A stretch of 47,061 bases of DNA from Pseudomonadota bacterium (GTDB lineage Bacteria > Pseudomonadota > Alphaproteobacteria > JAGOMX01). Under the pieces are notes generated by a model that was not told the origin of the DNA, did no database searches, and saw nothing but the letters and a program-made list of their open reading frames with translations. Made by a program: the position numbers and the translations under genes. Shown piece after piece: positions 35,880 through 45,217 of the stretch. The DNA lies in contig JBDLIP010000002.1 of the NCBI GenBank assembly GCA_039714795.1, positions 1-47,061 of the forward strand. Reading direction: 5' to 3'. Positions within the stretch are counted from its first letter, which is position 1. Every line of letters begins with the position of its first letter.

Positions 35880-36767
35880 TTGGAACCAACGCTTAAGAAC
35901 CTGAAACTTGTTTATGGCACTGGAGACGATGTTTCTTTTATCATCCGGTATTTCGAAGATTTTTACCGAGAAATCATCCGTTTCAAAAATGAAGCCTTGG
36001 GTGATCAACTACCTCCAAGTAACTTAGACCAAGAAGAGGAAGGAAAAAGTGCACCAGAGACGAATGAGCCAGTAAAACCTGAAATAAAAACCGATCAGAC
36101 TCCTGAATCTCCTATTCAACCCGCATCTCATGCTTCGCTTCCTGAAGAAATCCTTTTGAGTCTGAAAAATCTGCTAAAACGACAAGCTATTGATGCAGCG
36201 CGCTTTGGTGGCGAATTTGCAGCAAAATATTACCACGAAGCCGAGTTTATCATGGTCGCACTTGCTGATGAGGTTTTTTTGCATACCGATTGGAAAGGAA
36301 AGGGGTATTGGCAAAAAAATATCCTTGAATCTCAAATATATGACACACACAGCGCTGGCGAAACATTTTTTGATAAGCTTGAAGATTTTTTAAAAGTACG
36401 TGACCCAAGTCGCGCTGATATTGCTATGGTCTATCTGCTGGCTTTGGGGCTTGGATTTAAAGGAAAATACCGTGATAATGACGCCAAAAACCGGTTGGCT
36501 CATTATCGTCGTGAACTCTTTATCTTTATCTACCATCGTGATCCCACATTGTTTCAGCTGGCAACCCAACTCATTCCCAAATCATACCAACACACCGTTG
36601 AAACCGGTAAAGTTCTATACCTTTATGATTTTAAACCTCTCATGAAACTGTTTACTGGAATCGTCTTCTTGGTATTTTTGATTTCGTACGGTGTTTGGTA
36701 TAGCACAACCCACGAAGTCAGTGTTTTGGTTGATCAAATCCTCAGCTCTGGACCCTCAACGATATGA
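35880..36767 (+). CDS. tssL: type VI secretion TssL / DotU(IcmH)-family protein
   Basis: DotU pattern EAEFIMVALADEVFL...DIAMVYLLALGLGFKGKY. Single C-terminal TM helix (LFTGIVFLVFLISYGVWY). TTG start 7 nt after AAGGA. The stop overlaps the tssM start as ATGA. Confidence 0.85.
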   Translation: MEPTLKNLKLVYGTGDDVSFIIRYFEDFYREIIRFKNEALGDQLPPSNLDQEEEGKSAPETNEPVKPEIKTDQTPESPIQPASHASLPEEILLSLKNLLKRQAIDAARFGGEFAAKYYHEAEFIMVALADEVFLHTDWKGKGYWQKNILESQIYDTHSAGETFFDKLEDFLKVRDPSRADIAMVYLLALGLGFKGKYRDNDAKNRLAHYRRELFIFIYHRDPTLFQLATQLIPKSYQHTVETGKVLYLYDFKPLMKLFTGIVFLVFLISYGVWYSTTHEVSVLVDQILSSGPSTI

Positions 36768-39700
36768 AATTTTTTGAACAATATTACGTCTACCTACCAT
36801 ACATTATCCTAGCCATTCTCTTGCTGTCTGGGGGGTTACTTCTCCGGGCTATGTATTCTTATTCTTCGGCTATCTACCGATTGCGTACCTTGGGAAGAGC
36901 AATGGGGGGACCATTTAGTTTCTTTCAACGTGCACGCGCTGTTGAAAGTGTCGCCTCCAGTTTTAAGACTCCATTTTTTAGAAGAGTCTATAACCGATTT
37001 TTGAGTTTCTTATTGTTTCTTGGAATCACAAGTGATAACGACCCCTTGTCTCTTTCTTTTTCACAAGCAATAAAGATTCTCAAGCAACAGATGGGCAAAC
37101 GCAACTACCAGTACAAATTGCCTTGGTTTTTAATGCTGGGTGCAGCGGAATCAGGCAAATCCACTATCTTGGAAAGTGCTGAATTGGACCTTCCCGTTGG
37201 TAGCCCCCGTTTTGCAACAAAGGATAAGCAACCAACTTGTAAATGGTGGTTTTTTGATCGAGGTATCGTCCTTGATCTAGTCGGAAATTACTTTTTGGAA
37301 AAAGGGGCTTTGCAAAATGATAAAAGTGGGTGGTCAAGGCTTGTCAGTCTGTTGCTATACCACCGGCCTCGCAGACCCATTGATGGCATTATTTTAACGA
37401 TCCCTAGCACCGAATTACTTGGTTCAACGAAACTCCCGCACGACGAAGTGATTGCTCGTGCGAAACACATCCATACCAAACTTTGGCACATTCAAAAATC
37501 ACTTGGCATGAAAATACCAGTGTACGTGCTTGTAACCAAAACAGATCTGGTTCCTGGTTTTAAAGGATTCACAGAAGAACTCCCCCGGGAAAGCTTATAT
37601 CAAATGCTGGGCTGGTCGAGCCCTTATTCGCTTGAAAGCGGCTATGAACCATCCTGGGTCGATCAAGTTTTTGACACAGTTCGCAAATCTCTGCATGCAG
37701 CGCGCGCTGAAATCTTTGCCGCAGGCCGCGTTAAAAACAATCGAGACGATACACTTATTTTCAAAGTAGAACTTTTGAAACTAAAGGAAAATCTTTCAAC
37801 CTTTTTGAATCAAATCTTCCAAGAAAGCGCATACCACGAATCTTTTTTCTTGCGAGGAATTTATTTTTGTGGTGACACCCGCTCGCATACAGCTGTAGGA
37901 GATTACAAGCGCGAAGAACGTTCTTGGACCACACCTGAGGCCATGGGTGCTGCTGCGCCCACACCCTTCAAACAACACGACAAATTTCATGTTTCCTTTT
38001 TAAGAGATCTGCTTGAAAAGAAAGTCTTCCTCGAATACGCTTTAGCGCGCCCAATCAAACGTGTCTTTAAATCTGCAAGTCGCCTGCTAAATCTGACAAA
38101 GGTTTTCATGGTGATTTTCTTGCTTGTCTGGGGTATTGGTTTATATCGGGCAAACAACCGACTGTCGGAAGGTAAAAGCGACTTGTTACCCCTCGTTAAC
38201 GAAGTCGCCCAAACATTACACCACATGCGTCAACGTGATTTTGATGTCAATGCGGTTCACGATGCCAAATACCTCAATGACCAAACGTTGGTCATCCTCA
38301 ATCAGATGACTGGCCTTGAAGTCGAAAATTCTTTTTCGCTGGCAATACCAACCTCCTGGTTTACAAGCTATGATGAAAGACTGAAAGCGGCATTTACAAC
38401 CACTTGGGATTCAGTAGTCTTTGTTTCACTTTACACAGGGTTAACTCAAAAAGCGCGTTCACTGTTTGTTAATCTTGTACCAGAAATTGGTGCAGTTCAA
38501 CCAAACTACTTTTTGCCCCCATTGAAAACGCCAGAATTTTTGGATTTGCTCGATTTTGTCAAGCAAACCGGACAATGGGAGTACAACGTCCTACGGTTTA
38601 ATAACCTTGAAAGCAGTCTTGATATTGAGGACATCGGCCGTCTGGTTCGTTATTTATTTAACCAAGATTTACCAGCGCAGTTTTACACAAAGGCATCTTA
38701 TTACCAGTCAGCTCTGGCCACCACTCAAGATCGTAACATTTCACTAAAAGATTACAATACATCGGCTCACAGAAAGCTTCGATTACTTTACAGTCAATTT
38801 ATTGAACGCGTGTTTGATCCCGCACGTAATTTTGGAGGCTTTACCAAACTCAGCAAAATGCTTGAAAAGCTTGAGCATAGCACAGCTCAATCGCGAATCA
38901 ATGAAGCTGAGCTTCGAAATACAGTGCAATTTCTAGCAAAGATTACCGGTTTCATTGGCGGTGAGCATTTTCAGTGGATTAAGGGCTATGAATTTGATCC
39001 AGGTCCCCTCTACAGTGATGTCCTTAATCGAATTGCCCAATCACGAATGCTGGGAACAGAGCTAGCCAATGAATTCCTGCAAGAAACACAAAAAGAATTC
39101 TCGCTTTACAAAAATGTTCTGGCAAGTCTAACTGCTCCCCTCATTGGTCCCGTCTTTACAGTTGAAAACAATAAAGTTCTTCCGAAACCATCGCCTACTT
39201 TTGATAGCCTTGTGGAACATTTTACCGCTTTTATGAAAGAACCATTTATGGCACCAATGGCGGCCCAAAGAGAGGTTACCATTGTTCCACCTGGACGCAT
39301 GCTGTTTTGGGATACTCCAACACTTAAGGGTGCTGCAAAACTGGTCACTCAATTTGAGTCCTTCCTGGCAGATACGGCTCCAAAACTTTCCCAAGATGTC
39401 CGGCATATCATGGAGTATATTGGCCGCCGCAGTGTCTTGACCCGGCTATTGGATGCAATAGCGCGCGCTGAACGATTCAAGCCTATTCCACAAAGCCTTA
39501 CTGGTTTTGACGAGCAGGAAGCACTGAGACTACAAATTCACAATCTTAAAACGGTCCATCCTCTCTTTGCGCAAATCTTGGGGGGGTACGTCATTCATGA
39601 CGTGAGCTCGCAAGCCGCTTCCTTGCGTGAATTACTCATTGAAGAAACGTACAAGATGCTTGAGGGTGTGGACCGATTGCTCATTCGTGATGATCTTTAT

Positions 39701-40987
39701 GGCATCAGCAATGCAACTTTTGAGTCGTGGAGGGGTGAAAGAATGCTTGGGCTCCAGGCATTTGGTGTTCATGATTTGGAAGATATGAAAAGCTATCTAA
39801 ACGCTCAAAGAGAACGCATCTTCTTTCTCTCCAAAGAGCTGGCAGCTCCTGTACTTTCCTTCTTGGGCCTTCCCTTTCTAAATGGCGTTCCGCGTAATAT
39901 GCCCCTTGTCAGTAAATGGACTCGTATTGTCTTACAACTGGATGCCTATGAGAAAAAAACACCTAACAACTCTTTGAGTATCCTTGAACATTTCCTATTA
40001 TACGATATCAATCAGTTTAGTCTCGATTCCTGTTTTGCGGCCATCCGTGACACAGATGCATTCGCCAAGACAGGTGATTTTTTCATAAGGCGCCGCAATG
40101 AAATCAAGGCTTCTTTATTAAAACGATGCAAGTCAGTTGCTGAAAAGCAAGGTTCAACGAGTTATCAAAAGCTAGCAAGTTTCTTTAATCAAAAGCTCGC
40201 TGGCCGGTTTCCTTTTACAGAAAAAGCAGGAGATACAGAAGAAAAAGAAGCCTCAGAAGAGGATGTCAAGGTGTTCCTGACGATGTTTGAATCTATCAAT
40301 CCTGTTGAGAAAGAAGCAATTAGCGAAAGATATCAGAGCAAGGGTAAAACCGATTCACCAGTTCAGTTTTTACGGCAGATTAGAATTGTGTCGCCCTACC
40401 TGAGGGCTGCCCTCAGCAAGGATGCTGAAAATCATGTGTCAGCATTGCTGTTTGATGTCGACTTTAGATCGGATCGCTCTCGGGAAACTGGCGGCAATAA
40501 GATCATCGACTGGTTTGTCCTGGTGAATGGACAAAAGGTGAGTTTGTTTGGCAAAAAGCATACAGGGTCGTGGGATCTCGGTGATAAAGTGCAAATATCC
40601 CTGAACTGGGCCGGGGATAGCAATACCATTCCCACCGCTGATTCGACTCAGAAAAATCTCAACGTTAAGGGTCACCAAGCAACTTTCTCTTATTCCGGAA
40701 ATTGGAGCCTGCTGCATTTGCTCAGGAATCACATCACTGATTCTTCCAGACATGCAGGTCCCTCTCCGCTCGCTCTTGAGTTCAGTGTGCCCACAATTCC
40801 TGAAAAAGTAACGGGTGATAAAAGTCCGCAACCAGACTCAATGGCCAAGGTTTTCTTGAGCTTTGCCATTTTTGCCCCGCCTGCACCGACTGATGCGCAA
40901 AAAGAGGGAGGAGAATCTGAAAAGCAAACGTTGGCTTATCCGATTTTTCCGCATAAAGCACCCGTTGTAGAGGCGGCAAAGGGCTAA
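36764..40987 (+). CDS. tssM: type VI secretion TssM / IcmF-family protein (1407 aa)
   Basis: N-terminal TM hairpin, Walker A LGAAESGKSTIL, Walker B-like IDGIILTIP, third TM helix at about residue 450 (VFMVIFLLVWGIGLY), and a periplasmic region of about 950 aa ending in an IcmF_C-like block. Confidence 0.9.
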   Translation: MKFFEQYYVYLPYIILAILLLSGGLLLRAMYSYSSAIYRLRTLGRAMGGPFSFFQRARAVESVASSFKTPFFRRVYNRFLSFLLFLGITSDNDPLSLSFSQAIKILKQQMGKRNYQYKLPWFLMLGAAESGKSTILESAELDLPVGSPRFATKDKQPTCKWWFFDRGIVLDLVGNYFLEKGALQNDKSGWSRLVSLLLYHRPRRPIDGIILTIPSTELLGSTKLPHDEVIARAKHIHTKLWHIQKSLGMKIPVYVLVTKTDLVPGFKGFTEELPRESLYQMLGWSSPYSLESGYEPSWVDQVFDTVRKSLHAARAEIFAAGRVKNNRDDTLIFKVELLKLKENLSTFLNQIFQESAYHESFFLRGIYFCGDTRSHTAVGDYKREERSWTTPEAMGAAAPTPFKQHDKFHVSFLRDLLEKKVFLEYALARPIKRVFKSASRLLNLTKVFMVIFLLVWGIGLYRANNRLSEGKSDLLPLVNEVAQTLHHMRQRDFDVNAVHDAKYLNDQTLVILNQMTGLEVENSFSLAIPTSWFTSYDERLKAAFTTTWDSVVFVSLYTGLTQKARSLFVNLVPEIGAVQPNYFLPPLKTPEFLDLLDFVKQTGQWEYNVLRFNNLESSLDIEDIGRLVRYLFNQDLPAQFYTKASYYQSALATTQDRNISLKDYNTSAHRKLRLLYSQFIERVFDPARNFGGFTKLSKMLEKLEHSTAQSRINEAELRNTVQFLAKITGFIGGEHFQWIKGYEFDPGPLYSDVLNRIAQSRMLGTELANEFLQETQKEFSLYKNVLASLTAPLIGPVFTVENNKVLPKPSPTFDSLVEHFTAFMKEPFMAPMAAQREVTIVPPGRMLFWDTPTLKGAAKLVTQFESFLADTAPKLSQDVRHIMEYIGRRSVLTRLLDAIARAERFKPIPQSLTGFDEQEALRLQIHNLKTVHPLFAQILGGYVIHDVSSQAASLRELLIEETYKMLEGVDRLLIRDDLYGISNATFESWRGERMLGLQAFGVHDLEDMKSYLNAQRERIFFLSKELAAPVLSFLGLPFLNGVPRNMPLVSKWTRIVLQLDAYEKKTPNNSLSILEHFLLYDINQFSLDSCFAAIRDTDAFAKTGDFFIRRRNEIKASLLKRCKSVAEKQGSTSYQKLASFFNQKLAGRFPFTEKAGDTEEKEASEEDVKVFLTMFESINPVEKEAISERYQSKGKTDSPVQFLRQIRIVSPYLRAALSKDAENHVSALLFDVDFRSDRSRETGGNKIIDWFVLVNGQKVSLFGKKHTGSWDLGDKVQISLNWAGDSNTIPTADSTQKNLNVKGHQATFSYSGNWSLLHLLRNHITDSSRHAGPSPLALEFSVPTIPEKVTGDKSPQPDSMAKVFLSFAIFAPPAPTDAQKEGGESEKQTLAYPIFPHKAPVVEAAKG

Positions 40988-40991
40988 AATT

Positions 40992-42107
40992 ATGGCTCGC
41001 CAGAAAACTAAATCCGCCACTTCACCTCAATATCAAGAAATAACTCAGCTGATCTGTCCGATTCCTGGTGGCAACCTAGTAGGTCCTTACATCCGCTACG
41101 GGTCTCTTTTCGATAGCATTGTCACGGCACGCACCCAAGAAGATGCAACCCTACCTCAAGGAATTTGGAAGAGAGAAATCAAACAAGCCAATTGGCCTGA
41201 AGTTGTAACTTTGTGCAAAGATTTCCTTGAGCATCATTCAAAAGACTTGCAAATAGCTGCTTGGCTTATGCAGGCTTGGTACCATACAAAAGCTCTCGAA
41301 GGTCTCACTCAAGGATTGAGCCTCTTCAACCAACTATGTACAAACTATTGGCAGCAGATCCATCCCCACAGGATGGATGCAGAAGAAAACCTGGAGGAAC
41401 GTTGTAATCTGATCTATTGGCTTAATGAAAAGCTCCCCCCTGACCTACACCAACTGCAAATGACAAAGCCTGCAAACCCTAAGGTAGCCATTTTCACTTT
41501 TGCTGACACTCTTCGCTTTGCAAGCTCTCCTAAACCAGCAATGAATAAAGCAATCGCAACGGCATTTCAACAAAGCCAAGCTGAAACTCCTGCGAGTTTT
41601 TATAATACAATCATTTCGGACACGACCACTGCCTTAGATGAGCTCAAAAATCTCGAACACACTTTAGATACCCATATCGGCGGTAATCTTTTTTCCCTCA
41701 GTCAGCTACGCCAAACACTGGAAGCTATTCAACACTTTGCAAAAGAGCAATGCAAAAAGTACGCAGAGGCAAAAAAGATGGCAAAGCAGGTCGCAAAGAA
41801 GCAACCGCCAACTCCTTTGAAACAAAAAACAATTACCAAACCAGCCGCAAAAGCTCCTGAAAAAGCGGATCCCGCTCTTGCAAAAAACAGCAGCAATGAT
41901 TGCCAGCAGATCTATAGGCAGCTTGAAGAGATCATAACAAATCTAAAGCAAATCCACCCACAAAGTCCAGCTGCCTACCTGATACAAAAAGCAATCACCT
42001 TGGATCAAAAATCTCTACAAGAATGGCTAGAAGATATCAACCAACATAACCTTGATATCCAATCTGTCCAAAAATGGCTTGGCATTTTGCCCCAAGAGAG
42101 AAAGTAG
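40992..42107 (+). CDS. tssA: TssA-family protein (ImpA_N domain)
   Basis: ImpA_N pattern PIPGGNLVGPYIRYGSLFDSIVTAR...LPQGIWKREIKQANWPEVVTLCKDFLEHHSKDLQIAAWLMQAW...GLTQGLSLFNQLCTNYWQQIHP. Conserved C-terminal helix SPAAYLIQKAITLDQKSLQEWL. Confidence 0.85.
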   Translation: MARQKTKSATSPQYQEITQLICPIPGGNLVGPYIRYGSLFDSIVTARTQEDATLPQGIWKREIKQANWPEVVTLCKDFLEHHSKDLQIAAWLMQAWYHTKALEGLTQGLSLFNQLCTNYWQQIHPHRMDAEENLEERCNLIYWLNEKLPPDLHQLQMTKPANPKVAIFTFADTLRFASSPKPAMNKAIATAFQQSQAETPASFYNTIISDTTTALDELKNLEHTLDTHIGGNLFSLSQLRQTLEAIQHFAKEQCKKYAEAKKMAKQVAKKQPPTPLKQKTITKPAAKAPEKADPALAKNSSNDCQQIYRQLEEIITNLKQIHPQSPAAYLIQKAITLDQKSLQEWLEDINQHNLDIQSVQKWLGILPQERK

Positions 42108-42416
42108 CGCACCTGAACCAATGACTTGTCAGCAGGCTCAGGCAAAGGCGAGACAGGCTCAGCAAGCTGCTACGGCAGCCCAGCGGCAGGTTTTTAACGA
42201 TCTACAAAAACAATAAATGCAAAGATTTTTCAATTTAATGTTACACGTTTTGGCATGATGGCTGAGGCTTCTATCACGCATATTTTGCATTCTGATGCGC
42301 TAGCTCTATTGGTTCCACTTTCTCCTCTTGCATAGCATTTTTGGCAACGTTATGTTAATAAAATCTTGCTATGAATTTAAGTACGTTACTTTCAACACAT
42401 ATCATTACGGATCTTC

Positions 42417-43625
42417 ATGCTGCACACAGGTCGAAAACGTCAAAAATTCTGGCAAATTCTCACCCTATTAATGCTGTTTGGCATTGCCAGCTTGGATGTT
42501 GCTTCAGCTGCCCGAAAATCCAGGACAAGAAGTAATCCAAAATATGCCTCAATAGTTATGGATGCTCGCTCAGGTAACATATTGCACGCAGCTCATGCCA
42601 ACGAATTGCGCTATCCAGCTTCACTCACTAAAATGATGACACTTTATATGGTCTTTGAAGCCCTTGAGACGGGGAGATTAAAGATTAACCAAAGACTACG
42701 TGTATCCAAACGTGCTTCACAACAAAGCCCTACAAAACTTTACCTGAAGTCAGGCAGCACCATTACCGTCCGAGACGCTATTCTTGGTCTCGTTACAAGG
42801 TCAGCAAATGATGCTGCTGTGGTGGTTGCCGAAGCTATTGGCGGCACTGAATGGAGGTTTGCTAAACAAATGACCCAAAAAGCAAGAAAGCTTGGAATGA
42901 GTCGAACTGTTTTTGGAAATGCCTCTGGTCTGCCTAAAAATCAAAGGCGGACAACTGCTAAAGATATGGCAACTCTGGCACGGGCACTATATTACCACTA
43001 TCCAAAGTACTTTCGGTATTTCAGTACTCGCAGCTTTCGCTTTCGGGGACGCCCTGTTCATAACCACAATCGCTTGTTGGGAAATGTCCCTGGTGTTGAT
43101 GGTATCAAAACTGGATTTACGAATGCCGCAGGACGCAACCTGGTGGCTTCTTGTGTACGAGGTGGGCACCGAATCTTTGCCGTGGTCATGGGGGGGCGTT
43201 CTAACCGAACCCGCGACCAACACATGATTAATTTACTTAATCGAGCTTATGCTAAAGCACCCAGATACAAACGCCCCACGCCGATTCCCTACCACAGACC
43301 TGCACAAAACCAGGCGACTCCACTCCCACCGACCATTCCGGCAGCGCTGAAAATTCACAACGTCACGCCGAGCACTAAACCTCCCAATTACTGGGCCGTA
43401 CAGGTTGGCGCCTTTCCAAGAGCAAAGACCGCCCACACAGTGGCAAACCGCGTCCGTACCGCCGTCCACTCCCTTAAAACGGCACGTGTTGCCATCAATT
43501 CTCAAGGGAATTCGAAGAAACTCTACCTAGCCCGTCTCGTAGGATTGAACAAAACTCAAGCAAAAGCCGCTTGCAAAGCTTTAAAGCTTAGGGGCCTTGA
43601 TTGCCTAGCTCTTAGGTCACGATAA
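42417..43625 (+). CDS. D-alanyl-D-alanine carboxypeptidase (S11) with C-terminal SPOR domain
   Basis: SxxK (SLTK), SxN (SAND) and KTG (KTGFT) motifs. Pro-rich linker, then a SPOR-like block YWAVQVGAFPRAKTAHTVANRVR...LYLARLVGLNKTQAKAACKALK. Confidence 0.9.
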   Translation: MLHTGRKRQKFWQILTLLMLFGIASLDVASAARKSRTRSNPKYASIVMDARSGNILHAAHANELRYPASLTKMMTLYMVFEALETGRLKINQRLRVSKRASQQSPTKLYLKSGSTITVRDAILGLVTRSANDAAVVVAEAIGGTEWRFAKQMTQKARKLGMSRTVFGNASGLPKNQRRTTAKDMATLARALYYHYPKYFRYFSTRSFRFRGRPVHNHNRLLGNVPGVDGIKTGFTNAAGRNLVASCVRGGHRIFAVVMGGRSNRTRDQHMINLLNRAYAKAPRYKRPTPIPYHRPAQNQATPLPPTIPAALKIHNVTPSTKPPNYWAVQVGAFPRAKTAHTVANRVRTAVHSLKTARVAINSQGNSKKLYLARLVGLNKTQAKAACKALKLRGLDCLALRSR

Positions 43626-43742
43626 AACTTTTATGCTTAAGTTATACTCGCCCGGGCACAGATTGCGCTTTTGGACACCCTCTGTAGCCGTTATCCTGAA
43701 CGTTGGTTTCACTGAACAGCTATGTAAGAACCGTAAAATTGC

Positions 43743-43771
43743 TTGACAATTTGTGAATGATTTTTTACCGT
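43743..43771 (+). promoter_or_regulatory. candidate sigma70-type promoter for creD
   Basis: TTGACA (43743-43748), a 17-nt spacer, then TACCGT (43766-43771), about 70 nt upstream of the creD ATG. Confidence 0.3.
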
Positions 43772-43838
43772 TACTCGCAGGTTGGTATGGCCTAGAAGTG
43801 TGTTTTATTCTTATTCATTTTGTTTAGGGTATTTTTTT

Positions 43839-45197
43839 ATGATTAAAAACTTTAATTCTTCATTCAAGACAAATTTTAGGATTAATATCACGTTTAAGGC
43901 GGCGCTGATCTTTCTTTTGACTATATTTTTGCTGATCCCGTTGTTTCTGGTTCAATCGCAGATCGAGGATCGGTCAAGACGTTATAAGGATACTGTACGT
44001 GAGATAGCACATTCGTGGGCCAATGGACAAAATCTACGCGGCCCTGTTCTTGCTGTTCCATATGAAAAAAAGGTTTCAGGTAAAAAAAATAGAGTATACA
44101 CGGTGCCTGGAACAACCTATTTTTTGCCTGATTCGTTAGAATTTGACATTAAGCTGGATCCGCAAGAGCGTTATCGAGGTATCTACAAAACCGTTGTCTA
44201 TACGAGTCATATTTCGGCAAAGGGTAAATTTTCTTTGCAGAGAGATAAATTCCCAAACTTGTTTTGGAAGCAAGCTTTTCTGGTGATTGGGGTCAGTGAT
44301 TTGCGAGGCCTTGTGCAGACTCCTAATGTAACCTGGAATGATTCTGCAATTTCTTGTTTGCCTGGCACCAAATCGAATTTGTTTGCCTCAGGACTACATG
44401 GGATGCTTCCCCTTTCTGATTTATCGAACAATAAGGTATCAATTCCTTTTTCGATGACCCTTGAGTTGAGGGGAAGTGATCAATTTGATTTATTGCCTCT
44501 GGGTGCTGATACTCGAGCAAAAATAGAATCTTCTTGGTGTCATCCAAGCTTTAATGGCAATTTCTTGCCGGTAAGTAGAACGATTTCTAATCAAGGATTT
44601 GAATCTACGTGGCAAATTCCTCATTTGGCCCGCGGATATCCTAAGTCTTTTGACAATTTTCAATTAGAAAACATCAAATCAGCAATACAGGAATCCAAAT
44701 TCGGAATTCGCATGATTCAACCCATAAATCATTATATGCTGACTATGCGTGCAGTTAAATATGGTGTGTTATTTATTCTTTTCACTTTTATCACTTTCTT
44801 CTTGTTTGAATTGAATACACGTAATTCCCTACATATCCTGCAATACGCTTTGGTGGGTGTTAGTTTGGTTACTTTTTTCTTGATTTTAATTGCTTTGAGT
44901 GAACATTTAAGTTTTGTGCTTGCTTATGTTTCTGCAAGCGTTGCGGTAATCACGCAAATTGTGCTTTATACCTACCAAACATTGAGGTCATTTAAAAGTT
45001 CCATAGCACTGGGAGGGATTCTGATAAGTCTCTATAGCTATCTTTACATGACGCTCCAGATAGAAGATTATGCTTTGTTAGTTGGTGCGATCAGCTTGTT
45101 CTTTATTTTGAGTGCAATTATGTTTTTCACCAGAAATATCCAATGGTATCATTCGGATATTTCACAAAAAAATAACACAGATAAACTGGAAGGGTGA
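43839..45197 (+). CDS. creD: cell envelope integrity inner-membrane protein CreD
   Basis: About 452 aa. One N-terminal TM helix, a large periplasmic domain (RSRRYKDTVREIAHSWANGQNLRGPVLAVPY) and a C-terminal cluster of 5 TM helices. This is the CreD family layout. Start taken at ATG 43839. Confidence 0.8.
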   Translation: MIKNFNSSFKTNFRINITFKAALIFLLTIFLLIPLFLVQSQIEDRSRRYKDTVREIAHSWANGQNLRGPVLAVPYEKKVSGKKNRVYTVPGTTYFLPDSLEFDIKLDPQERYRGIYKTVVYTSHISAKGKFSLQRDKFPNLFWKQAFLVIGVSDLRGLVQTPNVTWNDSAISCLPGTKSNLFASGLHGMLPLSDLSNNKVSIPFSMTLELRGSDQFDLLPLGADTRAKIESSWCHPSFNGNFLPVSRTISNQGFESTWQIPHLARGYPKSFDNFQLENIKSAIQESKFGIRMIQPINHYMLTMRAVKYGVLFILFTFITFFLFELNTRNSLHILQYALVGVSLVTFFLILIALSEHLSFVLAYVSASVAVITQIVLYTYQTLRSFKSSIALGGILISLYSYLYMTLQIEDYALLVGAISLFFILSAIMFFTRNIQWYHSDISQKNNTDKLEG

Positions 45198-45217
45198 GCA
45201 ATCACATAGGTTTATGT

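Noticed and set aside
35823-36008. 61-aa minus-strand ORF overlapping the tssL start
   Set aside because: It is antisense to a well-supported DotU-family gene and has no ribosome-binding site.
32336-42107. The idea that the MCE operon and the tssLMA trio form one envelope-spanning system
   Set aside because: A 157-bp spacer separates them, and tssL has its own Shine-Dalgarno. The MCE four-gene set is a complete, commonly stand-alone unit. Adjacency alone is insufficient, and nothing in the sequence links them.
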